Assembly (NCBI GenBank): GCA_963707945.1
Contig: CAVPRM010000002.1
Span: 2,492,340-2,556,339 of the forward strand
Reading direction: 5' to 3'
From: an uncultured delta proteobacterium
GTDB lineage: Bacteria; Myxococcota_A; UBA9160; SZUA-336
DNA length: 64,000 bases
A model generated the notes under the pieces. That model had not been told where the DNA came from. It was given only the letters and a program-made list of their open reading frames with translations, and searched no databases. This document shows positions 9,728 to 20,086 of this stretch, one piece after another; the first letter of the stretch is position 1, and each line of letters begins with the position of its first letter. The translations under genes and the position numbers were made by a program.

Positions 9728-10858
9728 TTGCTCGGCCTGCGGGCAGACGAACACGAGGGGTGTTCCTTGGCCGATCGCGAAAAAGACCCCGACACCGAAG
9801 CGGGTCAACGCGAGCGAGAGCGAGAGCTCCACCGCGCGCAGCTCGAAGCGGTTCGCGCCGCGTTCGCGGCGCAGGGCGAAGGGGCGACCCCTGGCGCCGG
9901 GGGGACCGACGACGCCATCAGGTTCGAGGTTCTCCTCGCGCGACTCAGAGCGGAACTGCGCAGGCTGGACCGCAGGCAGCGCAGCGCGGCCTGGGTCGCG
10001 GTCGTGCTGGTCGTGTCCATCCTGTTGGGCGCGGTGGCGCTCGTCGACCAGATGTTCTTCGGCCGCAGCTACATGCTCGACGAGATCTCGGCGCGCTCGG
10101 TCCGCGCGGATCGGATCGCCGTGACCCGGGACCTGCGAATCCTGGACGCACAGGGGAACGAGCTTGCGGTGCTCGGCCGCGAGCCCGGCGCCCCCGGCGC
10201 GAAGAGCACGGAGGGGCCTGTCGTCCTCGCGCTGAGCGCGCAGGGCGAGGCCTCCCGGCAGCTACTCCGCTTCGCGGCCTCGAAGACGGGCGCCGGACTC
10301 ACGCTCGAAGGGCCGACGGGGGGCTCGTCGGTCTCGCTGCTCAGCACGGGGTCGGGATCGACCGTCGAGATTCGCAACGGCGAACGAACGGAGAGACTCG
10401 CCGGTGCCGAGCCGGAGGAGCTCCCGCCGGTGGGGGCCGGTCCAAAGACACGCGGAGCGCTGCTGAGCGGCGCGGATGAAGTGCCCGTGTGGACTCCGCA
10501 GCGCGAGGGCCCGCCGAACGGCGACATCCCCGAGGTGCGCGAAGTCGGGCACGGCTTCCTCGTCACCGATCTCTCCGCCCATCCGGCGGCCGAGGGCGTC
10601 GAGGTTCGAGGGCGCATGGTGAACACGACCGCGGTCGTGCACAGCGGGCTCGCCTTCAAGATCAGCCTCGGCGACGCGTCGGCCACGCTGACCGTCCCCA
10701 AGATCTCGCCGGGCAACAGCACCGGGTTCCGGGTCACGCTTCCTGGCGCCGCACCCGACCGTCTCGGCGGCGCGAAGATCGAATACCTCGGGTCCACGGT
10801 CGCCTTCCAGGCGACGTCGACGGAGCCGAGCTACGGGAGACAAGTCGAGCCGAAGTAG
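9728..10858 (+). CDS. Hypothetical single-pass membrane protein (start uncertain; alternative TTG about 9767 after GAGGGG)
   Basis: ORF track. Charged coiled N-terminus, then one TM (AAWVAVVLVVSILLGAVALV), then a Gly/Ser/Thr-rich beta-like exodomain. No recognisable family. Confidence 0.45.
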   Translation: MLGLRADEHEGCSLADREKDPDTEAGQRERERELHRAQLEAVRAAFAAQGEGATPGAGGTDDAIRFEVLLARLRAELRRLDRRQRSAAWVAVVLVVSILLGAVALVDQMFFGRSYMLDEISARSVRADRIAVTRDLRILDAQGNELAVLGREPGAPGAKSTEGPVVLALSAQGEASRQLLRFAASKTGAGLTLEGPTGGSSVSLLSTGSGSTVEIRNGERTERLAGAEPEELPPVGAGPKTRGALLSGADEVPVWTPQREGPPNGDIPEVREVGHGFLVTDLSAHPAAEGVEVRGRMVNTTAVVHSGLAFKISLGDASATLTVPKISPGNSTGFRVTLPGAAPDRLGGAKIEYLGSTVAFQATSTEPSYGRQVEPK

Positions 10859-10866
10859 GCGGGTTC

Positions 10867-11691
10867 TCAGCCCTTCAGCCGCTTCGCGAAGAACCCCAGG
10901 ATCTCATCCACCGCCGCGCGCGTCGGCTCGCCCGCGCGGTCGACGAGGTGCAGCGTCACCACGCTGTGTGGGCGCATCGGCGTGCCCTTCATCGCGCACT
11001 CGTCGGGAAGCACTCGTCCGACGAAGCGGTCGCCGAGCGCGGCCTGGTAGGCGGCGAAGCGCTCGCCGCGGCAGAAGGGGTCGTCCTCGAAGCGGTAGGC
11101 GAGCACCGTCAGGTCCTCCCGCTCCATGCGCGCCTTCACTGCCGCAAGCTCGTCGGGAGCGATGTGCATGCCGGCCGCGTTGAACATCGGCAGGGACGGC
11201 TGCGACAGAACGGGCGCGAGCATCGCCGGCTCGAGCATCATCGAGAGCGCGAAGTTCCCGGTGAAGCACATTCCGATCGCGCCCACGCCCCTCCCGCCGC
11301 ACAGTGGGTGGGCGTGCGCCGCGAGCGCTCGCAGCCACTGCGTGACCGGACTCGACGCGTTCGCCGCGAACGCGCGGAACTCGCGCGAGATGCACATCGC
11401 GCGCGCCATGGTCAACAGCCCGCGCGGAATCGACGGCACCGCGCCGTCCACGCCGAACAGATGCGGCATCCACACCGTGAAGCCCGCGTCGCGCACGAAC
11501 CGCGCGAAGCGCGCGACGTGCGGCGAGATGCAGGGCATCTCGGTCATGACGATGACCGCGGGCCCCTGGCCCGCCACGTAGACGAGCTTCGTCTCGCCGA
11601 GCAGCGTCACGTTGCGGCGCTCGAAGTCCGAGAGAGGGTCGGTCCGGGTGAGGTCGGTGGCTGCGGCCGGGATCGGATTTCCTGTCGTCAT
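10867..11691 (-). CDS. Dienelactone hydrolase family protein
   Basis: ORF track, 274 aa. GVGAIGMCFTGNFAL has the DLH-type Cys nucleophile elbow. It starts 9 nt after the stop of the upstream molybdoenzyme gene. Confidence 0.75.
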   Translation of the reverse strand: MTTGNPIPAAATDLTRTDPLSDFERRNVTLLGETKLVYVAGQGPAVIVMTEMPCISPHVARFARFVRDAGFTVWMPHLFGVDGAVPSIPRGLLTMARAMCISREFRAFAANASSPVTQWLRALAAHAHPLCGGRGVGAIGMCFTGNFALSMMLEPAMLAPVLSQPSLPMFNAAGMHIAPDELAAVKARMEREDLTVLAYRFEDDPFCRGERFAAYQAALGDRFVGRVLPDECAMKGTPMRPHSVVTLHLVDRAGEPTRAAVDEILGFFAKRLKG

Positions 11692-11700
11692 GGCCGGGCA

Positions 11701-14071
11701 TCATACCCGGACGAACGGCGCGGGGATCAGGGCTGGGGGGGCGCCGGCTTCAAACCGGCCCGCGATCTCGGGCGGCTGGTGAGCCCTCACCGGTTCCGCC
11801 GCGGAGTCGAACCTCTCCACCTCGACCAGAGCATGCTGTCCGGCGCACCCCTGGCTCAACCTCGACGTCCCGACATCCCCGGTCAGCACGTTGGGATTCC
11901 CGTGCAGGCACATGGCGATCTCGGCGCGCGGGTCGTCCGGATCGAACCACGCGCCCGTCGACAGCTGCACGACACGCGGCCGCACGTCCGTCGTGATTAC
12001 CGCGCCCGCCAGACAGCTCCCGCGATCGTTGAACAGCCGCACCACGTCCCCGTCCTCGATCCCGCGCGCCGACGCGTCGGACGGGTGCATCCGCACGGGC
12101 TCGCGACCGTGCACCTTCGACGCCTGGCTGTACGCGCCGCCGTCGAGCTGCCCGTGCAGCCGCGTCGCCGGATTGTTCGCGACCAGCGCCAGCGGGAACT
12201 GGGCCGCGCGCTTCGAGCCCAGCGACTCCTCGCTCGCGAGCCACGCCGCATGGCCCGGACAATCGTCGTACCCGAAGCGCGCCACCGTCTCGGAGAACAG
12301 CTCGATCTTCCCGCTCGGGGTCTTGAGCCGCTCCGCGTCGGGATCCGCGCGGAACGACGCGAACAGCACGCGCTCGGCTTCGGAGTCCGGGACCTCGATC
12401 GAGCCCTGCTCCCAGAACTGCGTCGAAGGTCGGCGCGGCGACGCCGACGTCGGCGAGCGCGTCGCGCACCCTCTCGTACAGGTGCTCGAGCCAGCCGCGC
12501 TCGTCGCGTCCCTCCGTGAACGCCTCTCGCACCTCCGGCCCGAACCGCTCCGCGAGCCCCGCGAGGATGTCGTGATCGCTCCGCGCCTCGCCCACCGGCT
12601 CGACCGCGCGCTGCATCGCGATGATCCGCGCGTCCGCCCTTCCCGAGCCGATGTCGTTGCGCTCCAGCGACGTGGTCGCCGGGAACACGAGATCCGCGTG
12701 CCGGGCCATCGGCGTCCAGTACGGCTCGTGCACGATCACGGTGTCGGGCCGGCCGAGCGCCCGGCGCAGGCGGTTCAGATCCTGGTGATGGTGGAACGGG
12801 TTGCCGCCGGCCCAGTACACCAGGCGGATGTCGGGATAGCTGAGGCTCGCGCCGTTGTAGTCGAAGCGTTCGCCCGGCCGCAGCAAGAGGTCCGCGATGC
12901 GCGCACACGGGATGAAGTCGCGCACGGCGTTGCGGCCCTCGGGCACACCGCCGGGCAGCGGGAGGTTCGCGGTGGGGCTGCCGAGGTCCCCCATCGAGCC
13001 GTAGCCGTGGCCGAAGCCGCCGCCGGGCAGGCCGATCTGGCCGAGCAGAGCAGCGAGTGAGAGCGCGGCCCAGATCGGCTGCTCGCCGTGCTGCGCGCGC
13101 TGCAGCGAATACGACACCGTGACGAGCGTGCGCCTCCGCGCCATCTCGCGCGCGAGCTCGCGCAGGTCGCGCGCCGGGATGCCCGAGCGCTGCTCGGCCC
13201 ACTCCGGCGTCTTCGCCACGCCGTCGGCCTCGCCCATGACGTACGCGATGAACTGCTTCGCGCCCGTGCAGCAGCGCTCGAGGAACACCTCGTCGTGTAG
13301 GCCTTCGCTCACCAACGCGTGCGCCAGGCCCAGCATGACGGCGACGTCCGACAGCGGGATCACCGGGTACCAGCGCGCCCCTGCCTCTGGGACCACGTCG
13401 TCGCGCAGCGGCGAGAAGTGGGCGATGCGCATGCCGCGGCGGTGCGCGTCGGCCAGGTGCCCGCGCAGCCCGTGTCGCGCCATCCCGCCCGGCGCGACGA
13501 AGGTGTTCTTGTGCGGCAGCCCGCCGAACGCGACGAGCAGCTCCGTGTGCTTGGCGATCACGTTCCAGGTCGTCGCCTTGCGGAACACGGCGGCCGAGCT
13601 CCCGACCAGGTGCGGCAGGAGGACGAGCGACGCGCCGATGCTGTAGCTGCCGCGGTGCGACGTGAAGCCGCCGATCGTGTTCAGGAAGCGGTGGAGCTGG
13701 CTCTGGCTCTGGTGGAACATGCCCGCGCTCGCCCAGCCGTACGAGCCGCCGAAGATCGCCCGGTTCCCGTGCGCGCCGCGCACGCGCGCGAGCTCCGCCG
13801 CCGCGCGGTCGAGCGCCTCGTCCCACGAGAGCTCGACGAACGAGTCACTGCCGCGGTCGCGCGTCGGCCCCGGCCCGCGCTCGAGCCAGCCGCGCCGCGC
13901 CACCGGCCGCGCGATCCGCGTGGGATGGCGCAGGCTGCCCGGCAGGTTCGCGAGCAGCGGCGACGGATCCGGATCGTGGAGCGGACGCACGGCCTCGATC
14001 TCGCCATCGCGCACGCGCACCGTGAACCCACCCCAGTGGGAGCTGTGCGTGAGCTCGCGCGCGTCCGTCAT
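11701..14071 (-). CDS. Molybdopterin oxidoreductase, DMSO-reductase family (BisC/TorZ-like, no Tat signal); one extra base near 12420
   Basis: N-terminus MTDARELTHSSHWGGFTVRVRDGEIEAVRP (ATG 14071). The frame is continuous to ...AAPTFD, then FWEQGSIEVPDSEAERVLFASFRADPDAERLKTPSGKIELFSE... continues in the frame of ORF 11701..12369. The span is 3n+1 nt long. Confidence 0.85.
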
Positions 14072-14073
14072 TC

Positions 14074-14376
14074 TTATGGGCACTCCCGCAGGCGCCCGCA
14101 CTCCATCTGAGCCTGATCCAGGCAGATGTCGACCGTCTGGTTGCAGCCGTTCACACAGAGGTCGAGTGAGACCGGCGCGTCGGGATACCTGCCCCGGCAA
14201 TCGGTGATGCAGCGGGTGGCGTCGGTATCGCACCCGAACCTCTGCAGGCAGTGCTCGCAGCGAAAATGGTCGGTGGTCGTCTGCGCGGACGCGGGGTGCG
14301 CGCCGCTCATCCAGAGAAGAAGAGCGCCGGCGATCAGCAGGAAGGCCAGCGCTCCCAGGGCTTTCGGTCGTTGCAT
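14074..14376 (-). CDS. Small secreted cysteine-rich protein (10 Cys in about 70 mature residues)
   Basis: ATG at 14376 follows AAGGAGAG. MQRPKALGALAFLLIAGALLLWMSGAHPASA|QTTTDHFRCEHCLQRFGCDTDATRCITDCRGRYPDAPVSLDLCVNGCNQTVDICLDQAQMECGRLRECP. Its stop lies 2 nt before the molybdoenzyme ATG. Confidence 0.6.
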   Translation of the reverse strand: MQRPKALGALAFLLIAGALLLWMSGAHPASAQTTTDHFRCEHCLQRFGCDTDATRCITDCRGRYPDAPVSLDLCVNGCNQTVDICLDQAQMECGRLRECP

Positions 14377-14425
14377 GCAGACCTCTCCTTCTCGACCCGG
14401 CCGATGCGAATCTACCAGATCACGC

Positions 14426-15136
14426 TCAGAGCAGGCCCGTCGGGCGCAGGTGCTCCGCAACCCGGCGCAGCACGGCCGGCGCGAACAGCAGAGCGAGGTG
14501 ACCCAGGTCGGGAGCGTGCACTTCGCGCTCGTGGCTCGCAAAGATGCGCGGGATCACCAGGTTGTCGGAGCCGGCCACGATCGACAGGAAGTCGACCGAG
14601 GCGGCGGCATCGCGCGAGGCGGCGAGCCGCGCGAGCAGGGCCGAATCGGGCCGCAGCTCGCGCCCGACCCGCGACCAGAGCCAGTACGAGTTGTACGTGC
14701 CACCGTGTGGTGTACCCAGGGTGACGCAGCGGTCGACGCGGCGCGCGCCGCCGAGCTCCTGGAGGTAGAACCGCGCGACCAGCCCGCCCAGGCTGTGGCA
14801 GACGAGGTCGATCCGGCCGCCCCGCACGTGGCGGCGCAGGTAGTCACGCAGTCCGACCGCGGCGGGCTCGACCCCCGCGCTCGACGGGTAGTCGAACGAC
14901 AGGATCGGACCGAGCCCGCAGAAGCGCAGGTACTGCGCCAGCGGCAGAAGCGCCGAGTGGTTCGAGAGATAGCCGTGCAAGAGCACGACGGTTCGCTGCT
15001 CGCGGCGGCGCGGCGTGCGCGCATCCGAGCGCGTCAGGCCGAACGGGTAGAGCGCGCCGATCGCCAGCAGGCCGAGCGCCTCCTGCGCGACGAGCCGCCA
15101 GGTCGGCGCGGCCGACTGGGGGTAGTCACGAATCAT
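14426..15136 (-). CDS. Alpha/beta hydrolase (lipase/esterase-like, PGAP1-type)
   Basis: VVLLHGYLSN...IDLVCHSLGGLVARFYL...VTLGTPHGG. The start is placed at the internal ATG (MIRDYPQ) and is uncertain. Confidence 0.7.
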   Translation of the reverse strand: MIRDYPQSAAPTWRLVAQEALGLLAIGALYPFGLTRSDARTPRRREQRTVVLLHGYLSNHSALLPLAQYLRFCGLGPILSFDYPSSAGVEPAAVGLRDYLRRHVRGGRIDLVCHSLGGLVARFYLQELGGARRVDRCVTLGTPHGGTYNSYWLWSRVGRELRPDSALLARLAASRDAAASVDFLSIVAGSDNLVIPRIFASHEREVHAPDLGHLALLFAPAVLRRVAEHLRPTGLL

Positions 15137-15256
15137 TGCCCCCGCAATCTTAGCTCTCCACCAGGAGCGGGGGCCGCGCGACCGGAGTATTTTCGCTCCA
15201 ACGCTACGAGAGAGGCGGGATCCCATGCACGTCGGCCTTCAACGCGTTCTGCGGGC

Positions 15257-15967
15257 GTGCGCTGGCGCGCGCGCAACTTGACCAGGGACGCACCGAGATC
15301 GCCCTCCGACGATGGCCTCGCTCGCAGACTGCGTGGGTTCGGTCCCCTCGGAGTCCTCCCGGCTCTCGTCATTCTTCTCGTGGGCAACTTTCCGGTCGCG
15401 CCGATGAGCGCGATCCTGGTGCTGCTCTGGCGCCGCCAGTCGCGCACGCCCTGGCGCGAAATCGGCTACGTGCGGCCCGAGAGCTGGGCGGCCACCGCAG
15501 CCATCGGCATTGCATTCGGCATCGCGCTCAAGCTCGCGCTCAAGACGATCGCGATGCCGCTGCTCGGCGCTCCCGCGGTGAACGACGCGTATCAGTATCT
15601 CGTTGGGAACCGGGCGGCGCTCCCGGGTGCGATCTACCTGATGATCGTCGGCGGGGGCTTCGGCGAAGAGACCGTCTATCGCGGCTTCCTGTTCGAGCGA
15701 CTGGGCAAGCTGTTCGGTTCCCACGCGGGCGCCAGAGTCGCGACGGTGTTGGTTTCGTCGGCGCTGTTCTCTCTCGCTCATCTCCCCATTCAGGGGCTCG
15801 CCGGCAGCGAACAGGCCCTGCTCACCGGCCTCGCGTTCGGCACGATCATGGCGACCCGCGGCCAGATCTGGATGCCCATGTTCGCCCACGCCGCGTACGA
15901 TCTGACCGCGCTAGCGATCATCTACTTCGGTCTAGAGGAACCGATCGCCCATCTCGTGTTCGCCTAG
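15257..15967 (+). CDS. CPBP-family intramembrane glutamic endopeptidase (CAAX protease/Abi)
   Basis: Motifs GEETVYRGFLF (EExxxR), LFSLAH (FxxxH) and HAAYD lie in the tail of ORF 14126..15967. There is no in-frame ATG near the N-terminus. GTG 15257 or TTG 15278 are candidate starts. Confidence 0.7.
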   Translation: MRWRARNLTRDAPRSPSDDGLARRLRGFGPLGVLPALVILLVGNFPVAPMSAILVLLWRRQSRTPWREIGYVRPESWAATAAIGIAFGIALKLALKTIAMPLLGAPAVNDAYQYLVGNRAALPGAIYLMIVGGGFGEETVYRGFLFERLGKLFGSHAGARVATVLVSSALFSLAHLPIQGLAGSEQALLTGLAFGTIMATRGQIWMPMFAHAAYDLTALAIIYFGLEEPIAHLVFA

Positions 15968-15991
15968 GCGCGGGCCGTGTAGGATTCCACC

Positions 15992-17161
15992 ATGGCGAGC
16001 GATCGTCCGGAGCTGGACCTCGACCTCTTCTCCGAGGACGCGATCCGCAACCCCCACCCGTTGTACCGCGCGATCCGGGACTGCGCTCCCGCCGTCTGGC
16101 TGCCGGCGCACGGCGTGTGGGCGATCGGCCGTTACGAGGACGTGCGCGCGGCGTTGCGCGCGGACTCGATCCTCGTCTCGGGCCGCGGGACGGCGCTCAA
16201 CGATCTCGTGAACAGCCAGTCGGCGGTGACGACACTGACGAGCGACGGCGAGCTTCACCGCCAGCGCCGCTCCGTGCTGATGAGGCCGATGATGCCCGGC
16301 GCCCTCGCCGAGGTTCGCGAGGGGATCGAGCAGCTCGCGAGCGAAGTCGTCTCCGAGCTGGTCGCGCGCGACTCCTTCGACGGGATCGCCGACTTCGCCC
16401 GCCGTCTGCCCGTGGCCGTGGTCTCGCGTCTGGTGGGGCTGCCCGAGGCCGGGCGCGAGCGCATGCTCGAGTGGGCGAAGGCGACCTTCGACGCGCTCGG
16501 CCCCATGAACGAGCGGGCTCGCGGTGCACTGGGCGCGTTCCTCGAGATGGCGAAGTACGCGGCCGAGGTCCGGCGCGACGCGCTCGCTCCGCGCGGTTGG
16601 GCGCTGCGCCTGTTCGAAGCTGCGGAGCAAGGGCAGCTCGCGCCCGAGGACGTCCGCGGTCTGTTCATCGACTACATCGCGCCGAGCCTCGACACGACGA
16701 TCCTCGCGACCGGACACCTCCTGCATCTCCTCGGGCGCCACGCGGAGCAGTACGCGCACTTGCGAGCGCATCCCGACCGAGTCGCCGGCGCCGTGCACGA
16801 AGCACTCCGCTTCGAATCCCCGGTGCGCGCCTTCACGCGCCTGGCCGTCCGCGACTACGACGCCGGCGCTGTGTCGATCCCGAAGGGCGACCGCGCCTTG
16901 ATCCTCTACGGCTCGGCGAATCGCGACGAGCGGCACTACCCGGATCCGGACCGCTTCGACGTCACCCGCGACGCACGCGATCACGTCGCCCTCGGATACG
17001 GCGTTCACCGCTGTGCCGGCGGCTACCTGGCGCAGCTCGAGATGGAATCCCTGCTCCGCGCGATGGTGGAGCGGGTGCAGTCCATCGAGGTCGGCGAGCC
17101 CGTCGTCCTGATGAACAACCTGCTGCGCGGCTACTCGAGCTTCAGCGCCGCCTTTCGCTGA
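15992..17161 (+). CDS. Cytochrome P450
   Basis: 389 aa. EXXR (HEALRFESPVR) and haem-binding loop ALGYGVHRCAGGYLA. Confidence 0.9.
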   Translation: MASDRPELDLDLFSEDAIRNPHPLYRAIRDCAPAVWLPAHGVWAIGRYEDVRAALRADSILVSGRGTALNDLVNSQSAVTTLTSDGELHRQRRSVLMRPMMPGALAEVREGIEQLASEVVSELVARDSFDGIADFARRLPVAVVSRLVGLPEAGRERMLEWAKATFDALGPMNERARGALGAFLEMAKYAAEVRRDALAPRGWALRLFEAAEQGQLAPEDVRGLFIDYIAPSLDTTILATGHLLHLLGRHAEQYAHLRAHPDRVAGAVHEALRFESPVRAFTRLAVRDYDAGAVSIPKGDRALILYGSANRDERHYPDPDRFDVTRDARDHVALGYGVHRCAGGYLAQLEMESLLRAMVERVQSIEVGEPVVLMNNLLRGYSSFSAAFR

Positions 17162-17165
17162 GCCC

Positions 17166-18256
17166 CTACCTGCCCGTGTGCTCTCCACGAACGCTTCGGA
17201 GGTGTCCTTGGCCGAGTCCCAGAACGAGGCCCCGCGGATCCCCGTCGCTGTTCGGCGCGCCATGTCCACCTGACGCAGGCGACGTCGAGCGTCGTTCGGG
17301 CCGGGCTTCCAGCTGCGCAGCTCGAAGCCGCTCTCGCAGCCCGGCCAGTTCGCCTCCGACGGACGATTGCGGTCGCCGGCCCGAGCGGACGGCTCGAGCA
17401 CGTCCGCGTCCTGGGTCCGCCCCGGCGAAGCCAGCTCGAGATCTCGCGCACCGAGCCATCGCCCGCGCGGTCGAGTCTGCGCCTCGGCTTGCGGATCCGG
17501 CGGACCGTCGCGCGGCACGCCGCGGGGCGACGACGCCGGTGGTACCCGTCCGGCAGCGCGACTCAGAGGCTCCGCGCTCGCGAGGCGCAGGTCCTCGACC
17601 TCGATCGCCGGACATCCACGCGGAGCCCCGACGATGGCGAGCGCGCCGCGATCACGCGCACGGCACGGCGACGTCTGGAGGCTCGCATTCGGGACAGCGA
17701 CGGCCGGGATCTCTCGGCTGGTAGCCTGGACGCGGCGCTCTTGTCCTTCGCCGGCAGGTTCACCCACAGCTGCACCATTTCGAACGGTCCGCCGCGGCGC
17801 GCGAACTCGCGACCGTGGAACTCCTCGTGGACCAGACCCGAGTGCGCGCCGTCATGCCGAGCTGCACGTCGCCCGGGCCAATCCCGCCGCCGCCCGCGGT
17901 TCCCGGCGCGACCACGCCACGTGGACGTCGTCACTCGTGCCGAGGAGCCGGATCGCCGCGTTGATGTGTGCGAACGACATGCCCTCGATGGTCGTGACCT
18001 GCAGGCCCAGGATCGGCGCGATGTGCTCGCCGCAGAGTGGGACCCCCGCGCGTCGGACGCGGATGGCGATCTCGGCGACGCGCCGCTCGCGCGCGAGCAT
18101 CTGTACGAAGCCAGCCTCGCCGAGCCGGTCGGCCTCGGCCGCGACCGCGACCATGTCGAGCTCCTCATACGCCCGAGCAGTGCCGACCGATAGAACCGTC
18201 GCCGCAAGCGCGATCCAAGCGGAGATCGCTCGCTCCGGGACGCTTCGGCGAATCAT
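17166..18256 (-). pseudogene. Pirin-family gene, N-terminal 134 codons intact (17852..18256), remainder broken by several frameshifts
   Basis: The ATG at 18256 overlaps the amidohydrolase stop (ATGA). Downstream, pirin signatures are scattered over three frames: GGGGIGPGDVQ.GMTA / HSGLVHEEFHGREFARRGGPFEMVQLWVNLPAKDKSA / PGYQP / REIPAVAVP / AVRVIAA / PAIEVEDLRL. The 3' boundary is uncertain. Confidence 0.5.
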
Positions 18257-19383
18257 GCGCGCGCTGGCGCGAGCCACGCCGCTGCGTTTCCGGCGTAGAA
18301 ACCCGCGATGACCTCGGGCGAGTGCCCGTTCAGCGACCGGTCGAAGCGCGCGACCGGATCGCGCCCGCCCTCCGCGTGCGGGTAGTCCGACGAGAACATG
18401 TACAGGCACGGGTTCGACTCGCGGCAGAGCAGACCCACGTCCTCGAACGGGTACGGCGTGAAGCGGAGCTGCGCGGCGGCCTGCTCGCTGGGCGTACGCT
18501 CGAAGCCGCGCAGCGCGGGCTCGGACTTGCTCCAGATCGCGACCGCGTGGTCGAGTCGGCGGAGCATGTCGGGCACCCAGCCGGCGCCGACTTCGATCGC
18601 GCCGCCGCGCAGCGTTCGGTGGCGCTCGAGCACGCCGTCGAGCACCAGCATCGAGAGGAAGCGCTCGATCGGCTGGTAGATCACGAGGAGGTCCTTGGAG
18701 CCGATCACCTCGGGCCGGTTGCCCACTTCGACGGGCTCGCTCACGCCGTCGTCGAGCCACGCGTCGCCGACCGAGAACGCGCCGCTGCCGACGTGCAGCA
18801 CGAACGGCACGCCGCGCCCGGCGAGCCGCGCCCAGAACGCGTCGTGCGCGGGATGTCCGGGCGAACGGCCGGCCGGCGCGCGCGCGGGGATCCAGACCTG
18901 GCCGAGGCCGAGCTCGAGCGCGGCGTCGAGCTCCGCGAGCGAGCGCTCGCCGCCGTCGAGGTCGCAGAGCGCCACGCCACAGAGCCGCGGGTCCTGCCCG
19001 CAGAACGCGGCCATCGCGCGGTTGTGCGCTCGGTAGGCCGCGTAGCGGAGCTCGGCGTCGGCGACGTCGAAGAGCTTCGCGCAGAACGACGAGTAGACGA
19101 CCTGGCGCTCGAAGCCGAGCAGGTCGAGCGCCGTCGCGCGCTCGGCCGGGTCGGCCGCGCCGAGCGCGTCGTTCCACTTCGGTCCCTTGCGCAGGAGCTC
19201 GCCGCCCAGCTCGACCAGCGCTTCGACGGAGCGCGCCTTGCGCTCCGCCCACGGGCCGAGGTCCGGGACGACCTTCGGCAGCCGCGCCGCGATCTCGCGC
19301 GGCGCGTGGTCGCTCAGGAACGTCGGCCACTCCATCAGGTGGCTGTCGGCATCGAGCATCCGGCGGTCGCCCGCGTATGTCAT
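18253..19383 (-). CDS. Amidohydrolase-2 family protein (ACMSD/decarboxylase-like metal hydrolase)
   Basis: 376 aa. MLDADSHLMEW..., ...VPFVLHVGSG..., ...MFSSDYPHAEG. Typical Amidohydro_2 ends. Confidence 0.8.
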   Translation of the reverse strand: MTYAGDRRMLDADSHLMEWPTFLSDHAPREIAARLPKVVPDLGPWAERKARSVEALVELGGELLRKGPKWNDALGAADPAERATALDLLGFERQVVYSSFCAKLFDVADAELRYAAYRAHNRAMAAFCGQDPRLCGVALCDLDGGERSLAELDAALELGLGQVWIPARAPAGRSPGHPAHDAFWARLAGRGVPFVLHVGSGAFSVGDAWLDDGVSEPVEVGNRPEVIGSKDLLVIYQPIERFLSMLVLDGVLERHRTLRGGAIEVGAGWVPDMLRRLDHAVAIWSKSEPALRGFERTPSEQAAAQLRFTPYPFEDVGLLCRESNPCLYMFSSDYPHAEGGRDPVARFDRSLNGHSPEVIAGFYAGNAAAWLAPARA

Positions 19384-19417
19384 CGCGACACCAGTCTAGC
19401 GCGTCTCAACTCGCTTC

Positions 19418-20023
19418 TTGGTCCGGTCGATGCAGCGACCGATGGCTCAGATCCCCTCGATCAAGGCCACCGGCTTCCAGTCCGCGTCGGACGACCTGGC
19501 GCGGCTGATCCAAGCAGGACGCATCTCGCGCCTTCAGGTCGAAGCTCGCCTGGAGGCGGACGACCTGCGCTATCTCGACAAGCAGCTCGCCGCGACGACC
19601 TGGGTGCCGATCGTCACCTACGCGCGGATCATCGAGATCCTCGTCGAGCTCGAGGCGAACGGCCGTCCGGAGCTCTACCTGCACGGGCGCGGCGTGCGCT
19701 CGGGGGAGCGACTGCACAAGGCCGGACTCTACCGCCAGTTCCAGGCCTCGACCGAGACGTGGGGAGACCGGGTCGGCAAGATCGTCACGACCATGGCCGC
19801 GGTGCTCTACAACTTCACCCGCTGGACCTTCGAGGCCGGCGCCGAGCACGGCCTGTTCCGCATCACGATCGACGACGCCGCGGAGTTCCCCGAGGTCTCG
19901 CGCTTCGCGACGCAGGGCTTCATCGAGTACACCTCGCGCGTCATCTCCGGCGGGAAGGAGCGCTTGCGCAGCGAGCGCCCGTCGCCCGACCGGATCGTCT
20001 ATCACGCGGAGCGCACGCGGTAG
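19418..20023 (+). CDS. Hypothetical protein (possibly DUF2378/TIGR02265-like)
   Basis: ORF track, 201 aa, good GC3 coding pattern. IPSIKATGFQS...TTWVPIVTYARIIEIL resembles the Myxococcus paralogous family only loosely. Confidence 0.5.
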   Translation: MVRSMQRPMAQIPSIKATGFQSASDDLARLIQAGRISRLQVEARLEADDLRYLDKQLAATTWVPIVTYARIIEILVELEANGRPELYLHGRGVRSGERLHKAGLYRQFQASTETWGDRVGKIVTTMAAVLYNFTRWTFEAGAEHGLFRITIDDAAEFPEVSRFATQGFIEYTSRVISGGKERLRSERPSPDRIVYHAERTR

Positions 20024-20086
20024 CCCTCCGGGGGAGCGTTCGCACTGGCTGTGGACCCCTCTTGCCACTGAGTAAGCGGCGCCGCC

